Positions 39,673 through 49,655 of a DNA stretch of 64,000 nucleotides are shown here, in pieces (the first letter of the stretch is position 1; each line of letters opens with the position of its first letter). The DNA comes from a virus. A program made the position numbers and the translations under genes. The stretch is from positions 9,525-73,524 of the IMG/VR virus record IMGVR_UViG_3300009151_009564, one strand, 5' to 3'. The notes below the pieces were generated by a model. It saw only the letters and a list, made by a program, of their open reading frames with translations, was not told the DNA's origin and ran no database searches.

Positions 39673-40899
39673 TTAACTGAATAAATCATCAGCACTTATT
39701 TCATCAGAGAATCCATTTTCATCTAGTTCGTCATCACCAACTATAGAATTAAATTCCTTTTCAACTTGTTCGATTTCATCTAAAGATTTGAATCTAAAGT
39801 AATCATTAACAATCGGTTCCATTTTCTTCAAAATATCCATAGTGAATATTTGTGGAGTAAATAAATTCTTAGTCGTAAATGATTTATCTAAATGTGATAC
39901 ATACCAACGATTTCCACCCGGTTTAAACGTCATCTCACCAGTTGATTTATCAACTTCCATCTTACCACAAGCAATACCAATTTGACTAAAATATTCTGGA
40001 CGACAGAAAGCATCAAGACCTGTATAAGGATTCATACCATGTGCGAATGATATATCAAAACGGATTTTCTTTGGTTTTGCTAATCTTGACTTTTGTGTTT
40101 TAAATAGAACTGTAATACCAGATGATCCCAGATCCATATCATCTTCCTCACCAGTTTTTAACTGAGACTTAGACATCATACCTATAACTGAAGCTGAATA
40201 TAGGAGACCATTCCCGCCTTTCATGACGGATTTGGGATACATGTCGAGTGTTAGATAGGTATGGTTGGCTACTAAAAGTGGAATATCTAAATATCCCAAG
40301 TCAGTATTTATGCTTCTAAAAAGGGATCCCAATGCTTTTGCTTTTGTCATATCCTGTTTGATATCTCCTTTTAATAAGTCTGCTTTTTCTTTATTAGACG
40401 CCATCTGACCGAGTGAGTCTATTACTATCATTAATTTTGGTAATTCATATCCTTCTAATTTTTGAGTCTTTAAGTCATCCACCAATTGAGTTAATAACAT
40501 ATTAACATCCTCCACTTTATTAGAACGAATGAGTCTGAATTTTTCAAGTGAGTTATCTACCCCAAATTTTGGTAAATCTTCCAGATCAATAGCTTGTTCT
40601 GTATCAATATAGATAACAGAGTATCCCATTTTTTGGGCATTTTTAGCACATGAATAACACATAAATGACTTACCTGCTCCGGACTCACCCGCAAATACTG
40701 AAATTCTATTAGTTGCTATACCTCCACCTAGTAATCTACCAGACATTGCTGCGTCTACTAGATAAACACCAGTAGTTATGAATGTCTTTTCTTTTATTTC
40801 CTTCTCAACTAAAATTGGAATACTCTTTGCTATATTATCTATTATAGACCCGACTTTACTGAATTCGAACTTTTTAACTTCTTTAGTTGCTTTTGCCAT
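39673..40899 (-). CDS. uvsX: RecA/UvsX recombinase
   Basis: AGESGAGKS, YIDTE, IVIDSLG, NHTY, GGNGLLYSAS; the NHTY and DMT.AK motifs are T4 UvsX-like. Confidence 0.9.
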   Translation of the reverse strand: MAKATKEVKKFEFSKVGSIIDNIAKSIPILVEKEIKEKTFITTGVYLVDAAMSGRLLGGGIATNRISVFAGESGAGKSFMCYSCAKNAQKMGYSVIYIDTEQAIDLEDLPKFGVDNSLEKFRLIRSNKVEDVNMLLTQLVDDLKTQKLEGYELPKLMIVIDSLGQMASNKEKADLLKGDIKQDMTKAKALGSLFRSINTDLGYLDIPLLVANHTYLTLDMYPKSVMKGGNGLLYSASVIGMMSKSQLKTGEEDDMDLGSSGITVLFKTQKSRLAKPKKIRFDISFAHGMNPYTGLDAFCRPEYFSQIGIACGKMEVDKSTGEMTFKPGGNRWYVSHLDKSFTTKNLFTPQIFTMDILKKMEPIVNDYFRFKSLDEIEQVEKEFNSIVGDDELDENGFSDEISADDLFS

Positions 40900-41016
40900 T
40901 TTATATATTTCTTATTTTTAATTATATATAAAGAAATCGTTCCCCCCTTTTATACTTTTTTTAAAAAACCCTTTATAAAAAATCAAAGGGGGGAATATAT
41001 TTTTTATATATACTTT

Positions 41017-42069
41017 ATGACTAAACAAGAATTTTTAGATAGAGCGAGAGACGTTCATGGGTATAAATATCAGTATCCAAATTTACCAGATAAGGTATTA
41101 TCAAATAATACTATTGATATTGTATATCAAGGAGTTTCTTACAAACAAAAAGTTGTTAAACATATTTTATTGGGTAGGTGTCCGGAAAAGAATACACCGA
41201 CCAAAACAACAGAACAATTTATATCAGAGGCAAAGGAAGTATGGGGTGATAAGTATGATTATTCGTTATCTGAATATACTGGGGCATTAAATAAAGTTAA
41301 AATCATATATGATGGTATTGTATTTGAACAGGTGGCTATTTCACATTTAAGAAAATTATCACCGGAAGAGCATATGAATCTTGAATACTTTAAGAAGAAA
41401 TCAAGGGATAAGTGGGGAGATAAGTATGATTATTCTTTAGTAGAATATGTTGATTGTAAAACTAAAGTTAAGATTATACATAATGGGGTTTTATATAATC
41501 AGATTCCAGAGTGTCATCTAATACATGCTCCGGAGAAATTAAATCTTAGAAAAACAACAGAACAATTTATTGAGGAGTCAAATAGAGTTCATGAGTTTAA
41601 GTATAACTATGATAAAACTGAATATAAAAAGAATCAAGTAAAAGTTATAATAACGTGTCTAATACATGGTGACTTTAATCAAATCCCATTATCTCACTTA
41701 CAAGGTAGTGGTTGTCCAAATTGTAGTGAGTCTAAGGGCGAAAAGGAAGTATCGAAATTCTTAAAGAAGTGGAATATAAATTTTGATAGACAAAAGAAAT
41801 TTCCGGATTGTAGGAATAAGTTTGAATTACCATTTGATTTCTATATTCCATCTATGAGGACGTGTATTGAGTTTGATGGAAAACAGCATTTTCAACCGAT
41901 GGAATTTTTTGGTGGGATGAAGGCATTTGAGTCTATCAAAATAAATGATAAGATAAAGTCGGATTATTGTGAGGACAACTATATTGATTTAATAAGAATA
42001 AGATATGACCAGATAGATGATATTCATCAAATTTTGTGGGATAACTTAAAGAATAGGATTAAGAAGTGA
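41017..42069 (+). CDS. Putative homing endonuclease (KYDYS repeats plus Vsr/PD-(D/E)xK-like domain)
   Basis: T.EQFI..A..V.G.KYDYS repeats, GCPNC, PFDFYIP..CIEFDGKQHF. Confidence 0.75.
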   Translation: MTKQEFLDRARDVHGYKYQYPNLPDKVLSNNTIDIVYQGVSYKQKVVKHILLGRCPEKNTPTKTTEQFISEAKEVWGDKYDYSLSEYTGALNKVKIIYDGIVFEQVAISHLRKLSPEEHMNLEYFKKKSRDKWGDKYDYSLVEYVDCKTKVKIIHNGVLYNQIPECHLIHAPEKLNLRKTTEQFIEESNRVHEFKYNYDKTEYKKNQVKVIITCLIHGDFNQIPLSHLQGSGCPNCSESKGEKEVSKFLKKWNINFDRQKKFPDCRNKFELPFDFYIPSMRTCIEFDGKQHFQPMEFFGGMKAFESIKINDKIKSDYCEDNYIDLIRIRYDQIDDIHQILWDNLKNRIKK

Positions 42070-42498
42070 TTATCTTCTTTTTTTTGTTCTAAATGCTTTT
42101 CGGTAGTCATCTACTGGGTCATATTCTTCTTCCATTTCTTGTCTTTGAATGGGTCTTGTTAGTTGTGACCAGTTTTTTTGGCAGTACTCATGTATTTTTT
42201 TTGAGATATACCTAGAACACTTTATAATCTTTGAATCTACTAGGAGAACATAATCAGATGAACCCATTGGATTATAATGTTCTTGAATACTTATTACCCA
42301 GTCATCTATTTTGAATTGGTATTTTGGTTGTAGTATTGACCAAGGATCTAAATCAGGACCGGTTGGATCTACTATAGTATATTTTTTAGATTTAACTCTA
42401 TTTAAAATATCCATCGCTATATCTTCATCAGAGTTAAATTTCTTTCTGAAAAAGGTATTGATTCCAAATAGTTCATTTACTGATTTAATGTGATTCAT
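42070..42498 (-). CDS. Hypothetical protein with CTS-like N-terminus, tandem paralog
   Basis: MNHIKSVNELFGI. Confidence 0.65.
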   Translation of the reverse strand: MNHIKSVNELFGINTFFRKKFNSDEDIAMDILNRVKSKKYTIVDPTGPDLDPWSILQPKYQFKIDDWVISIQEHYNPMGSSDYVLLVDSKIIKCSRYISKKIHEYCQKNWSQLTRPIQRQEMEEEYDPVDDYRKAFRTKKRR

Positions 42499-42893
42499 CT
42501 TGTTCTATATGCTTTTCTAAAATCAGATATTGGGGATTGTGATTCAATAATAGATTCTAGTTTTTTCCAAATTTTTTTATTTATATAGTCTGAAGATTTT
42601 AACTTTCTATCGTCAATGTATAGGCTATACACAATTGTAGTTATAGAATGTGGACCCTCTTCGTTTACTTTACTTTCACCAACACCACCGGATCGAATAG
42701 TTTCTCTTTCTGATTTTATATTAAATCCATCAATACTAAATTTAAAGGTGTGTATTTTATCATCCTTATCTTCTTCTATATACAAAGATGATTTTATCAT
42801 GAGTAAGATTTCCTTAGCCACACCTTCGTCTTTATTGAATTTAGATCTTAATCTATCTCCTATTCCAAATAGTTCATTTACTGATTTAATGTG
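42461..42893. repeat. 32-bp direct repeat at the 5' ends of two tandem paralogs
   Basis: ATTCCAAATAGTTCATTTACTGATTTAATGTG at 42461-42492 and 42862-42893. Confidence 0.8.
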
Positions 42894-42899
42894 TTTCAT
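42495..42899 (-). CDS. Hypothetical protein with CTS-like N-terminus, tandem paralog
   Basis: MKHIKSVNELFGI; both paralogs end D[FY]RKA[YF]RT. Confidence 0.65.
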   Translation of the reverse strand: MKHIKSVNELFGIGDRLRSKFNKDEGVAKEILLMIKSSLYIEEDKDDKIHTFKFSIDGFNIKSERETIRSGGVGESKVNEEGPHSITTIVYSLYIDDRKLKSSDYINKKIWKKLESIIESQSPISDFRKAYRTR

Positions 42900-43476
42900 C
42901 TGTATCAGATTTTAATGTGTTTTTATCGATTTCTAAATACATATCTAGGGTATCAATTGTTTCTTGATCTTTTTTATTAAAATGTACTTTCTTATTGGTT
43001 AGTTTTACTTTACCGCTTCTGATTAAATCTTGTAAAGGTTCTTCTTTGGCGAATTGTCTCATTTCATCATCAGATATTTCTATCTCATGATCAAAATTAA
43101 CTTTATTCTCACCTATTCTAAATGAGGCTGTATGGCTAGTTCCGCCAACATTGTTAGTTCTTGGAATTCCGTCACCTCCACTTACTGGATAAGTTTCCAT
43201 ATTTACTTCACCTGGAACACCGTGTTTAGCGTAGTATTCAATGGCTTTCTCTCTTATTTCGTCATCAAAGTACTTATCCATATCTTTGCCTTCTAAATCT
43301 TTGGGTGGTTCTATTTTAAGATCATCCATTATATCTTTATAGTTAGTACTATAAAGAACTTTATCAACATACTCAGTTGCTTTTTGCTTATCTAAAGCGT
43401 CAGATTTAGGATAACTTCCTTCGTCACCTCTGTTATCGTCATTGACGAATGTTTCGTATTTTTTAATCCATTTCAT
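42886..43476 (-). CDS. Acidic hypothetical protein with CTS-like N-terminus
   Basis: MKWIKKYETF; TAATATATA at 43482-43490. Confidence 0.6.
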   Translation of the reverse strand: MKWIKKYETFVNDDNRGDEGSYPKSDALDKQKATEYVDKVLYSTNYKDIMDDLKIEPPKDLEGKDMDKYFDDEIREKAIEYYAKHGVPGEVNMETYPVSGGDGIPRTNNVGGTSHTASFRIGENKVNFDHEIEISDDEMRQFAKEEPLQDLIRSGKVKLTNKKVHFNKKDQETIDTLDMYLEIDKNTLKSDTDETH

Positions 43477-43527
43477 ATAAGTATATATTAATTTTGATTT
43501 ATCATTTATTATTTATAATTTTGTTTA

Positions 43528-43893
43528 ATGATGAAAGATGGAATTTTTATTGAACCAAGCGATGGGATTAACCTTTATGTTAATGGTAAGTCTCATCATT
43601 ATGACTCTTTCTATCAATCTGGTAGGGATAAGTCATGTTTCCTCATTCCAAAAACTCATTTGGAATCATTTGAGACAGATCTAAAAATCGGAAACGTTAT
43701 TGTTTTTAGGAACTCTAAAAAAGAGTGGATAATGGTGGAAGGTAAACAACAGTCTATTCATGAGAATATTTGGAGAAATGAGGATCATTTTGAATATGTT
43801 GTTTGGGGAGATTTTACTACATTGGATGAAGTTGCGTTACGAGACTTGAAGTTGTCATTCCTTTTGGATGATAAGTATCAATACTTCTTCTAA
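43528..43893 (+). CDS. Hypothetical protein with terminal RD motif
   Basis: RDLKLSFLL; TTTG-N19-TAATTTTG promoter at 43493-43523. Confidence 0.6.
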   Translation: MMKDGIFIEPSDGINLYVNGKSHHYDSFYQSGRDKSCFLIPKTHLESFETDLKIGNVIVFRNSKKEWIMVEGKQQSIHENIWRNEDHFEYVVWGDFTTLDEVALRDLKLSFLLDDKYQYFF

Positions 43894-43894
43894 T

Positions 43895-43925
43895 AAAAAG
43901 AGAGACCATATGGTCTCTCTTTTTT
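43895..43925. terminator. Bidirectional intrinsic terminator
   Basis: AAAAAGAGAGACCA-TA-TGGTCTCTCTTTTT. Confidence 0.8.
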
Positions 43926-43926
43926 T

Positions 43927-46173
43927 TTATCTTATCAATGTTATATCTCCTTTCTGTAGTCTTTCTTTTCCGTCACATTCATATATAATGAAGTAAAAGT
44001 ATGTTCCTAAATCTTGAGGAACTCCACCGAATGTTCCATTCCATTTCTCACTTGGATTAGCTGTTTCAAAAACTGTTTCACCGAATCTATTCTTTATAAC
44101 AAACTCATGTAACTTATAGTATTGTCCTATTGGTCCAAACTTATCGTTCTTACCATCTCCATTTGGTGAAAAGGCGGATGGTAACGTTAGTTGGCAACAA
44201 GAATGTCCATCAACCCAAACACTATCAGAAGAATGGCAACCATATGGGGTTGTTACTGTTAGTATAGCCCATCCTGATGTGTCCATTACACCGTAAGCAG
44301 CTCCATTATATAAAGATTCTGATTCTGATTCATAGAAAAATCTAAAGGGTGTCCATCTATAAAAATCCATGTAAGTTATATTTAGAGGTCTAAACATAAC
44401 TGTTTCACCAAAGCAAATATTATTTTGGAAAGGGGCTATTCTTGAATCTGGATAGTCTCCTATCTTAATAGTATCTTGGGATGTTTTTGTACATAATCCA
44501 TTTGTTGCGGATACTGATATAGTATATATTCCACCATTATTAAATAATATGGTATATGGTCCTCCATGATCAGCGGACGTTATTATGTTTGTACTTGAAG
44601 GCCAAGTCCATACATAGTCTATAACATCATTACTATGATATGTAAGAGCCACGGTAACTGTATCTCCAATACAAGCATATGGTTTTACATAAAAATCAAC
44701 TGATGGTAGTGGTGTAACTGTTAGGTTTAGTGTTACTAAGGAATCACATCCTTTTATTGTTGTAAAGGTGTGAGTATATGACCCAGCAGATGTATAGTTA
44801 TATCCCGCAAAATTAAATGTATCTCCTTGGCATATATTTGCTGATATAGTGTTGTTATAAGTTGGATTAACTGTTAAATTCAGGGTTAGAATAGAATCAC
44901 ATCCTTTTACGGTATAGAAATGATTTACAAATGTTCCTGATGTATTGTATGTGTTTCCCGCAAATGTATATGTTTGATTATCACATATAGTTGATGTTGT
45001 TGTTGATGTATATGAAGGATTAACTGTTATCATTACAGAATCCGAACATAAACCATTTACATATTTAATAATAGATGTTCCAGATGAAATACCAGTTACT
45101 ACACCACTTAAAGATACATTAGCTACACCTGTATTTGTACTTGACCACACTCCGCCAGTACCCGTTGTTGATAGTGTAATGGTATTTCCTTGACAAACGG
45201 TTGTCGGGCCAGTTATTGAAATTGGAGTTGATGTAACGGTTACTATTGTTGGGTTAGTTAAAGTTACTATACCACATGAAGTAGTTGTTGTGGCAGTTGC
45301 GGTATATGTTGTTGTTACTGTTGGACACACGGTAGCTGTTGTAGGACCACTTGGGCCGCTCCAAGTATAAGTCCAAGTATATGGGGTACCGGAAGGTGAA
45401 AATCTCCATCCTTCTGGTGTGGTAGTTGGTACAGTAAATGTAGTACCATTTTCACCGGGTGCTGTATAGAATAATGTACCAGCTAAATTTTCTATTCCAG
45501 TAACTGCTCTACCGCTATTCCAAGATGAACAGCTATGGTGTTCTCCGATATAGATTTCAATAATGTTAGATGTTTCGTATAAAACAATTTGACTTGTTTC
45601 TACACCAGTACAAGAAGAAGAGAACATTTGTAATTTATAATAAGATACGACAAATGCTCTACAAGGCGAAGTCCCTATTGTTTGATATTTAATTGTACCT
45701 GTACCAGTTGGATATGTTGTATATCCAGGTGGGTAAATATCACACCATGGTGACATAATTGCATCATAAGTGGCATTACTATTAGAACCTGGTAAAGATC
45801 CACTTATTGCCCATGGGTCGTAGGCTCCTGACATACTAGGGTTAAATGTGATATTACCATTTGATCCTATGTATAAAGTGGTATAGTTATTTCCAAAAAA
45901 GTTGAAACAAAAGGGAATAGATATACCAGTGGTGTAAATATCATCAGTTGTAGTTGATACATTGGTTCCGGCAGTATATGAATAAGGAGCATAAGCAATA
46001 GAACTAACCGCATATGTGCTAGTTGCGTTGATTGGAGTTGCTGCTGATGTCATTGTAACACAAGGAGTTGAACAATTAACTGTTCCACCGGTGCTGTTCA
46101 AGATAGGACAAGTTTGTGCTACCATCTTGAATGTACTTAGAAGTACAAATAGTAAAATGAGTATTTTTTTCAT
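43927..46173 (-). CDS. Secreted protein with Ig/PKD-like repeats and T9SS type-B (gliding motility-associated) C-terminal domain
   Basis: Signal peptide MKKILILLFVLLSTFKMVA|Q; GCDS..TLNLTV repeats; CTD LPSAFSPNGDGKND.F..NRFGE.VF..WNG..GTYFY..KGDITLIR. Confidence 0.88.
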   Translation of the reverse strand: MKKILILLFVLLSTFKMVAQTCPILNSTGGTVNCSTPCVTMTSAATPINATSTYAVSSIAYAPYSYTAGTNVSTTTDDIYTTGISIPFCFNFFGNNYTTLYIGSNGNITFNPSMSGAYDPWAISGSLPGSNSNATYDAIMSPWCDIYPPGYTTYPTGTGTIKYQTIGTSPCRAFVVSYYKLQMFSSSCTGVETSQIVLYETSNIIEIYIGEHHSCSSWNSGRAVTGIENLAGTLFYTAPGENGTTFTVPTTTPEGWRFSPSGTPYTWTYTWSGPSGPTTATVCPTVTTTYTATATTTTSCGIVTLTNPTIVTVTSTPISITGPTTVCQGNTITLSTTGTGGVWSSTNTGVANVSLSGVVTGISSGTSIIKYVNGLCSDSVMITVNPSYTSTTTSTICDNQTYTFAGNTYNTSGTFVNHFYTVKGCDSILTLNLTVNPTYNNTISANICQGDTFNFAGYNYTSAGSYTHTFTTIKGCDSLVTLNLTVTPLPSVDFYVKPYACIGDTVTVALTYHSNDVIDYVWTWPSSTNIITSADHGGPYTILFNNGGIYTISVSATNGLCTKTSQDTIKIGDYPDSRIAPFQNNICFGETVMFRPLNITYMDFYRWTPFRFFYESESESLYNGAAYGVMDTSGWAILTVTTPYGCHSSDSVWVDGHSCCQLTLPSAFSPNGDGKNDKFGPIGQYYKLHEFVIKNRFGETVFETANPSEKWNGTFGGVPQDLGTYFYFIIYECDGKERLQKGDITLIR

Positions 46174-46204
46174 TTTAACAAAATATTTTTTATTATATAT
46201 AATT

Positions 46205-46236
46205 TTTGGTACTCTGTGATTTTATTTATACATTTG
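46205..46236 (+). promoter_or_regulatory. Bacteroidota-type promoter
   Basis: TTTG-N20-TACATTTG ahead of an operon of RD-motif genes. Confidence 0.7.
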
Positions 46237-46243
46237 TGGTATT

Positions 46244-46855
46244 ATGAAATTTGAAACACAAAACTTATTCTTTATATCTGATTTTCATGTAGGTCATGAT
46301 AATGTTATTCGTTTCGATGGTCGTCCTTTTAAGGACACTTCAGAGATGAACGAGGCACTCATATCCAACTGGAATAGGGTTGTTGCGGAAGACGATATAG
46401 TATTTTATTTAGGTGACCTTTCAATGCGATGTCATCCATCTACCGTTAAGTGGTTTGTCGAACAACTTAATGGTAAAATACATTTCTTTATGGGCAACCA
46501 TGACCGTTATCGTGATATTCGTAACCTAAACCGATTTGAAAAGATTTGGGGAGATGACGATGTTCAGGGTGCAGGTAAGATACAGGTTAAAGACTTAGAT
46601 GTTAAAGGTGGATACCAACACATTGAAATGTCTCACTATCCTATTCTTTCTTGGAACAAAGGACATCACGGAGCTTGGCATATACATGGTCATTGTCATC
46701 AGTCAATGACTAAGAACCCAGATATGTCTTGGTATTATAAGAGAAAAGTAATCGATGCTGGTTGTAACGGTTGGGATTACACCCCGATTTCTTATACACA
46801 GTTGAAGTCTATTATGGATCAGAAATCAATCTCATCTGTAGACCATCATGAATAA
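46244..46855 (+). CDS. Calcineurin-like metallophosphoesterase
   Basis: SDFHVGH, LGD, GNHD, SHYP, HGHCH. Confidence 0.9.
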   Translation: MKFETQNLFFISDFHVGHDNVIRFDGRPFKDTSEMNEALISNWNRVVAEDDIVFYLGDLSMRCHPSTVKWFVEQLNGKIHFFMGNHDRYRDIRNLNRFEKIWGDDDVQGAGKIQVKDLDVKGGYQHIEMSHYPILSWNKGHHGAWHIHGHCHQSMTKNPDMSWYYKRKVIDAGCNGWDYTPISYTQLKSIMDQKSISSVDHHE

Positions 46856-47165
46856 GTATGAAATTTGCCTTCATTATATGAAGTACCTTTCTAGGTATAA
46901 TAAAAGCTGGACATTTCGTTCATTGGTTGACTCCATCATAAAAAGTGAGATGAGCAACGAAGATCTTGTTGGTATCTTACACATGCAATGGTTAGAAACG
47001 GTTGAGATGTATGAAAGAGGTTCAATAGAAAGTGTTAATTATACATTAACAGGTATTATGTCTCCGGAAGAGTATTTATCTAAAGTATTACAGAGTGTAA
47101 GAGATAATAAAATAACCGAAATATTAAATGAGAATGAGAGGACAGATACCGGAGAGTTGGGATAG
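46848..47165 (+). CDS. Hypothetical protein, RD motif
   Basis: RDNKITEIL. Confidence 0.6.
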   Translation: MNKYEICLHYMKYLSRYNKSWTFRSLVDSIIKSEMSNEDLVGILHMQWLETVEMYERGSIESVNYTLTGIMSPEEYLSKVLQSVRDNKITEILNENERTDTGELG

Positions 47166-47439
47166 ATATGAGGTTATAAGGTTTATAGAAGAAAGGATTA
47201 TTATAGAAAGGTTTAGAACAATAAAACCTCATTATATAAGAGTAACTTCTGTTGAGGAAACAGATGATTTTGGTAAGCATTCTATCTATGTTAGATATCA
47301 GGTAAAACTTACTACAAAAAGGTTTGAGTTACCTAAACCAGATGAATATATTATGTTTGATTTTAACTTAATCGAAAGTCATATGAAAACATATATGAGA
47401 GATGAAAAACTAAAAAAGATATTTGATGATGATGTTTGA
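47128..47439 (+). CDS. Hypothetical protein, RD motif
   Basis: RDEKLKKIF. Confidence 0.6.
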   Translation: MRMRGQIPESWDRYEVIRFIEERIIIERFRTIKPHYIRVTSVEETDDFGKHSIYVRYQVKLTTKRFELPKPDEYIMFDFNLIESHMKTYMRDEKLKKIFDDDV

Positions 47440-47725
47440 TCCACAAAAATATAGTTTTATGAGGGCTCCCGCAGTTTCTCTTGATTTCATTCTATATGAA
47501 ACTAAACCGGTGGAAGGATATATTATTGGGTGTTATACTTTAATTGATTACATGGATGGTGACTTTCTCTTAGAAGAAGTAACTAAAAAGTCTATGAAAG
47601 ACTATGCAATAGTACTTTATCGAGGTAAAATACCAAGTGATGAATTTGCGTTTGAGTTGTTTAAAAACATTGGATTAGAAGTTCCAATAATACAAAGGGA
47701 TCTTAAATTAGATACATTACTATGA
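47423..47725 (+). CDS. Hypothetical protein, RD motif
   Basis: Ends RDLKLDTLL. Confidence 0.6.
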   Translation: MMMMFDPQKYSFMRAPAVSLDFILYETKPVEGYIIGCYTLIDYMDGDFLLEEVTKKSMKDYAIVLYRGKIPSDEFAFELFKNIGLEVPIIQRDLKLDTLL

Positions 47726-48081
47726 ATAAGCAAGAAGCAAGAGAAAGAAAGAAATATCTTAAAGATAATCCAAAATATCCAATTATTTTAGAAGCTTTAA
47801 TCGCATGGCATAAATGGGACTTTGAAACCTCAAGGGAAGAAACCCTGCGAACAAAACAACAAGTTTGGAACTCACATTTCTGGGACTATGGTGAGTTTGT
47901 AGAGTATATTGGTGTAAATAAAAATGGACTTATATGGTATAGAGAAACACAACCAGGAACTAAACCTGATGATGAAAATCATATCATAGGTGTATCTACT
48001 TGGTATGATGATTATAAACCATTTCATGATAAATGGATGTTACAATTAGATAGGGATAAAAAATTAAATACAGTACTATGA
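47722..48081 (+). CDS. Hypothetical protein, RD motif
   Basis: Ends RDKKLNTVL. Confidence 0.6.
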   Translation: MNKQEARERKKYLKDNPKYPIILEALIAWHKWDFETSREETLRTKQQVWNSHFWDYGEFVEYIGVNKNGLIWYRETQPGTKPDDENHIIGVSTWYDDYKPFHDKWMLQLDRDKKLNTVL

Positions 48082-48133
48082 ATATAGAATTTATTTTTTT
48101 AACATATAAACAAAATTAAAATTAGAAAACACA

Positions 48134-48604
48134 ATGGAAAAAATACCAATGACTCGTGAGGGTTATTTAAAAATGGAAAAAGAGTATCAACAAATGCGTA
48201 ATGTTGATCTTAAAGAGTGTCTACAGAACCTCACCGACGCAAGAGACAAAGGAGATTTGAGTGAGAACGCTGAGTATGAAGTTGCTAAACAAGCATTAGA
48301 CGACCTTAACGCTAAACTAAGTAAGGTAAATTCTTTACTAGCTAACTGTCAGATAGTTGATGGTATAGTTGATGATGGAACTGTTCAACTTTTAACATGG
48401 GTTAAGTTTAAAAACTTAAACATCAATAAAGAAATTGAGTACCGCATTGTACCGGAATATGAAATCAACTTAAAAGAAGGTAGAATTTCACAAAATAGTC
48501 CAATCGGTAAGGCGCTAATGGGAAAGAAGGTAGGAGACAAAACTCAAGTTGATACACCTAAGGGTAAGTTAGACTTGGAGATTACTAACATAAGAGTTAT
48601 ATAA
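48134..48604 (+). CDS. greA: Transcription elongation factor GreA
   Basis: MTREGY, ARDKGDLSENAEY, ISQNSPIGKALMGKKVGD, TPKG. Confidence 0.92.
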   Translation: MEKIPMTREGYLKMEKEYQQMRNVDLKECLQNLTDARDKGDLSENAEYEVAKQALDDLNAKLSKVNSLLANCQIVDGIVDDGTVQLLTWVKFKNLNINKEIEYRIVPEYEINLKEGRISQNSPIGKALMGKKVGDKTQVDTPKGKLDLEITNIRVI

Positions 48605-48605
48605 T

Positions 48606-49004
48606 ATGAAATTTGAACCAAAATTATCCCAAAGTAAGATATCATTCGACTTTGACGGAACATTAGATGACGACTTCGGTGGTGAGTTTAATCCACAGAA
48701 AGAAGAAGTAAGGGAGATATGTAAGTATCTTGTTGAACAAGGAAAGGATGTATGTATCATAACCAAAAGATATGGTCCAGACACAGGGATGGGAGAGGCT
48801 GATAAAGTTTATGCAGTTGCTTTGGAATGTGGTGTAAAAGATGTTTATTTTACGGATCGTGAGTTAAAAGATGCTAAGGTAAAGGAACTGGGTATTCAAG
48901 TTCATTTTGAGAACAATCCACATGAAGCTGGTGTTATATCCCAAAAATCATCAGCATTAGTAATCTGTATAGAAGATCCTTATTGGAGAGATCTAGTTTA
49001 TTAA
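48606..49004 (+). CDS. HAD-like hydrolase
   Basis: ISFDFDGTL, IITKR, K, HFEN. Confidence 0.7.
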   Translation: MKFEPKLSQSKISFDFDGTLDDDFGGEFNPQKEEVREICKYLVEQGKDVCIITKRYGPDTGMGEADKVYAVALECGVKDVYFTDRELKDAKVKELGIQVHFENNPHEAGVISQKSSALVICIEDPYWRDLVY

Positions 49005-49005
49005 T

Positions 49006-49320
49006 ATGGAAGGGATAAAGAATTGGGAAATAATTGGATTATATAAAAAGTATATTTTTTCCAAAAATTCAGGTGGTAAATTGGGTGGGATCCCTTTAGT
49101 TAAGTTTCACGGGATTTGGAAGGGAACTGAAGAAGAGTTTGTTAATAAACATAAGAAAGAGTTCCCTAACTCTCGTATTGAGATCTTTAAACATACTAGG
49201 AAACCAATGTCATCTAATTTTAGATTTGTAGTTGAACACTTTATGTCGAAGAATTCAGAGTTTAAGATATTTAATCGAGATGAAATTATTAATGAGTTAT
49301 TAGATGAACGAGTTGATTGA
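49006..49320 (+). CDS. Hypothetical protein, RD motif
   Basis: RDEIINELL. Confidence 0.55.
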   Translation: MEGIKNWEIIGLYKKYIFSKNSGGKLGGIPLVKFHGIWKGTEEEFVNKHKKEFPNSRIEIFKHTRKPMSSNFRFVVEHFMSKNSEFKIFNRDEIINELLDERVD

Positions 49321-49651
49321 AATAGAAAAAAAATATTGTAGAGAAATTGTTGAATTTTTCTGTAAAGAAATTCCAAAGTTGTTAATACCTTCTTCAAATG
49401 ACTTAAATCAGTTAAAATCTTATATACATAGTAGGCTTTGTTCGCAGTTTCAATCTAGGTTATATGGTACTCAACTAGTAAAAGAATTTCGGGTAGAAGT
49501 AAATCTATTGGATAAAGACAAAAGAAGGGATTCTGTTATTGATAATATCCTAGATGATTCCAAAATATTAGAACCTAATATAATAGTTGTTTTGAAATAT
49601 AATGATTTTACATTTGAAACATTAGAACAAAGAATCGATTTTTTAATATAA
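49304..49651 (+). CDS. Hypothetical protein, internal RD motif
   Basis: RDSVIDNIL. Confidence 0.55.
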   Translation: MNELIEIEKKYCREIVEFFCKEIPKLLIPSSNDLNQLKSYIHSRLCSQFQSRLYGTQLVKEFRVEVNLLDKDKRRDSVIDNILDDSKILEPNIIVVLKYNDFTFETLEQRIDFLI

Positions 49652-49655
49652 AAAT

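Noticed and set aside
39673-39700. UvsX C-terminus SADDLFS as a T4-type sliding-clamp-binding motif
   Set aside because: Only a loose match to SLDFLF inside a generic acidic tail.
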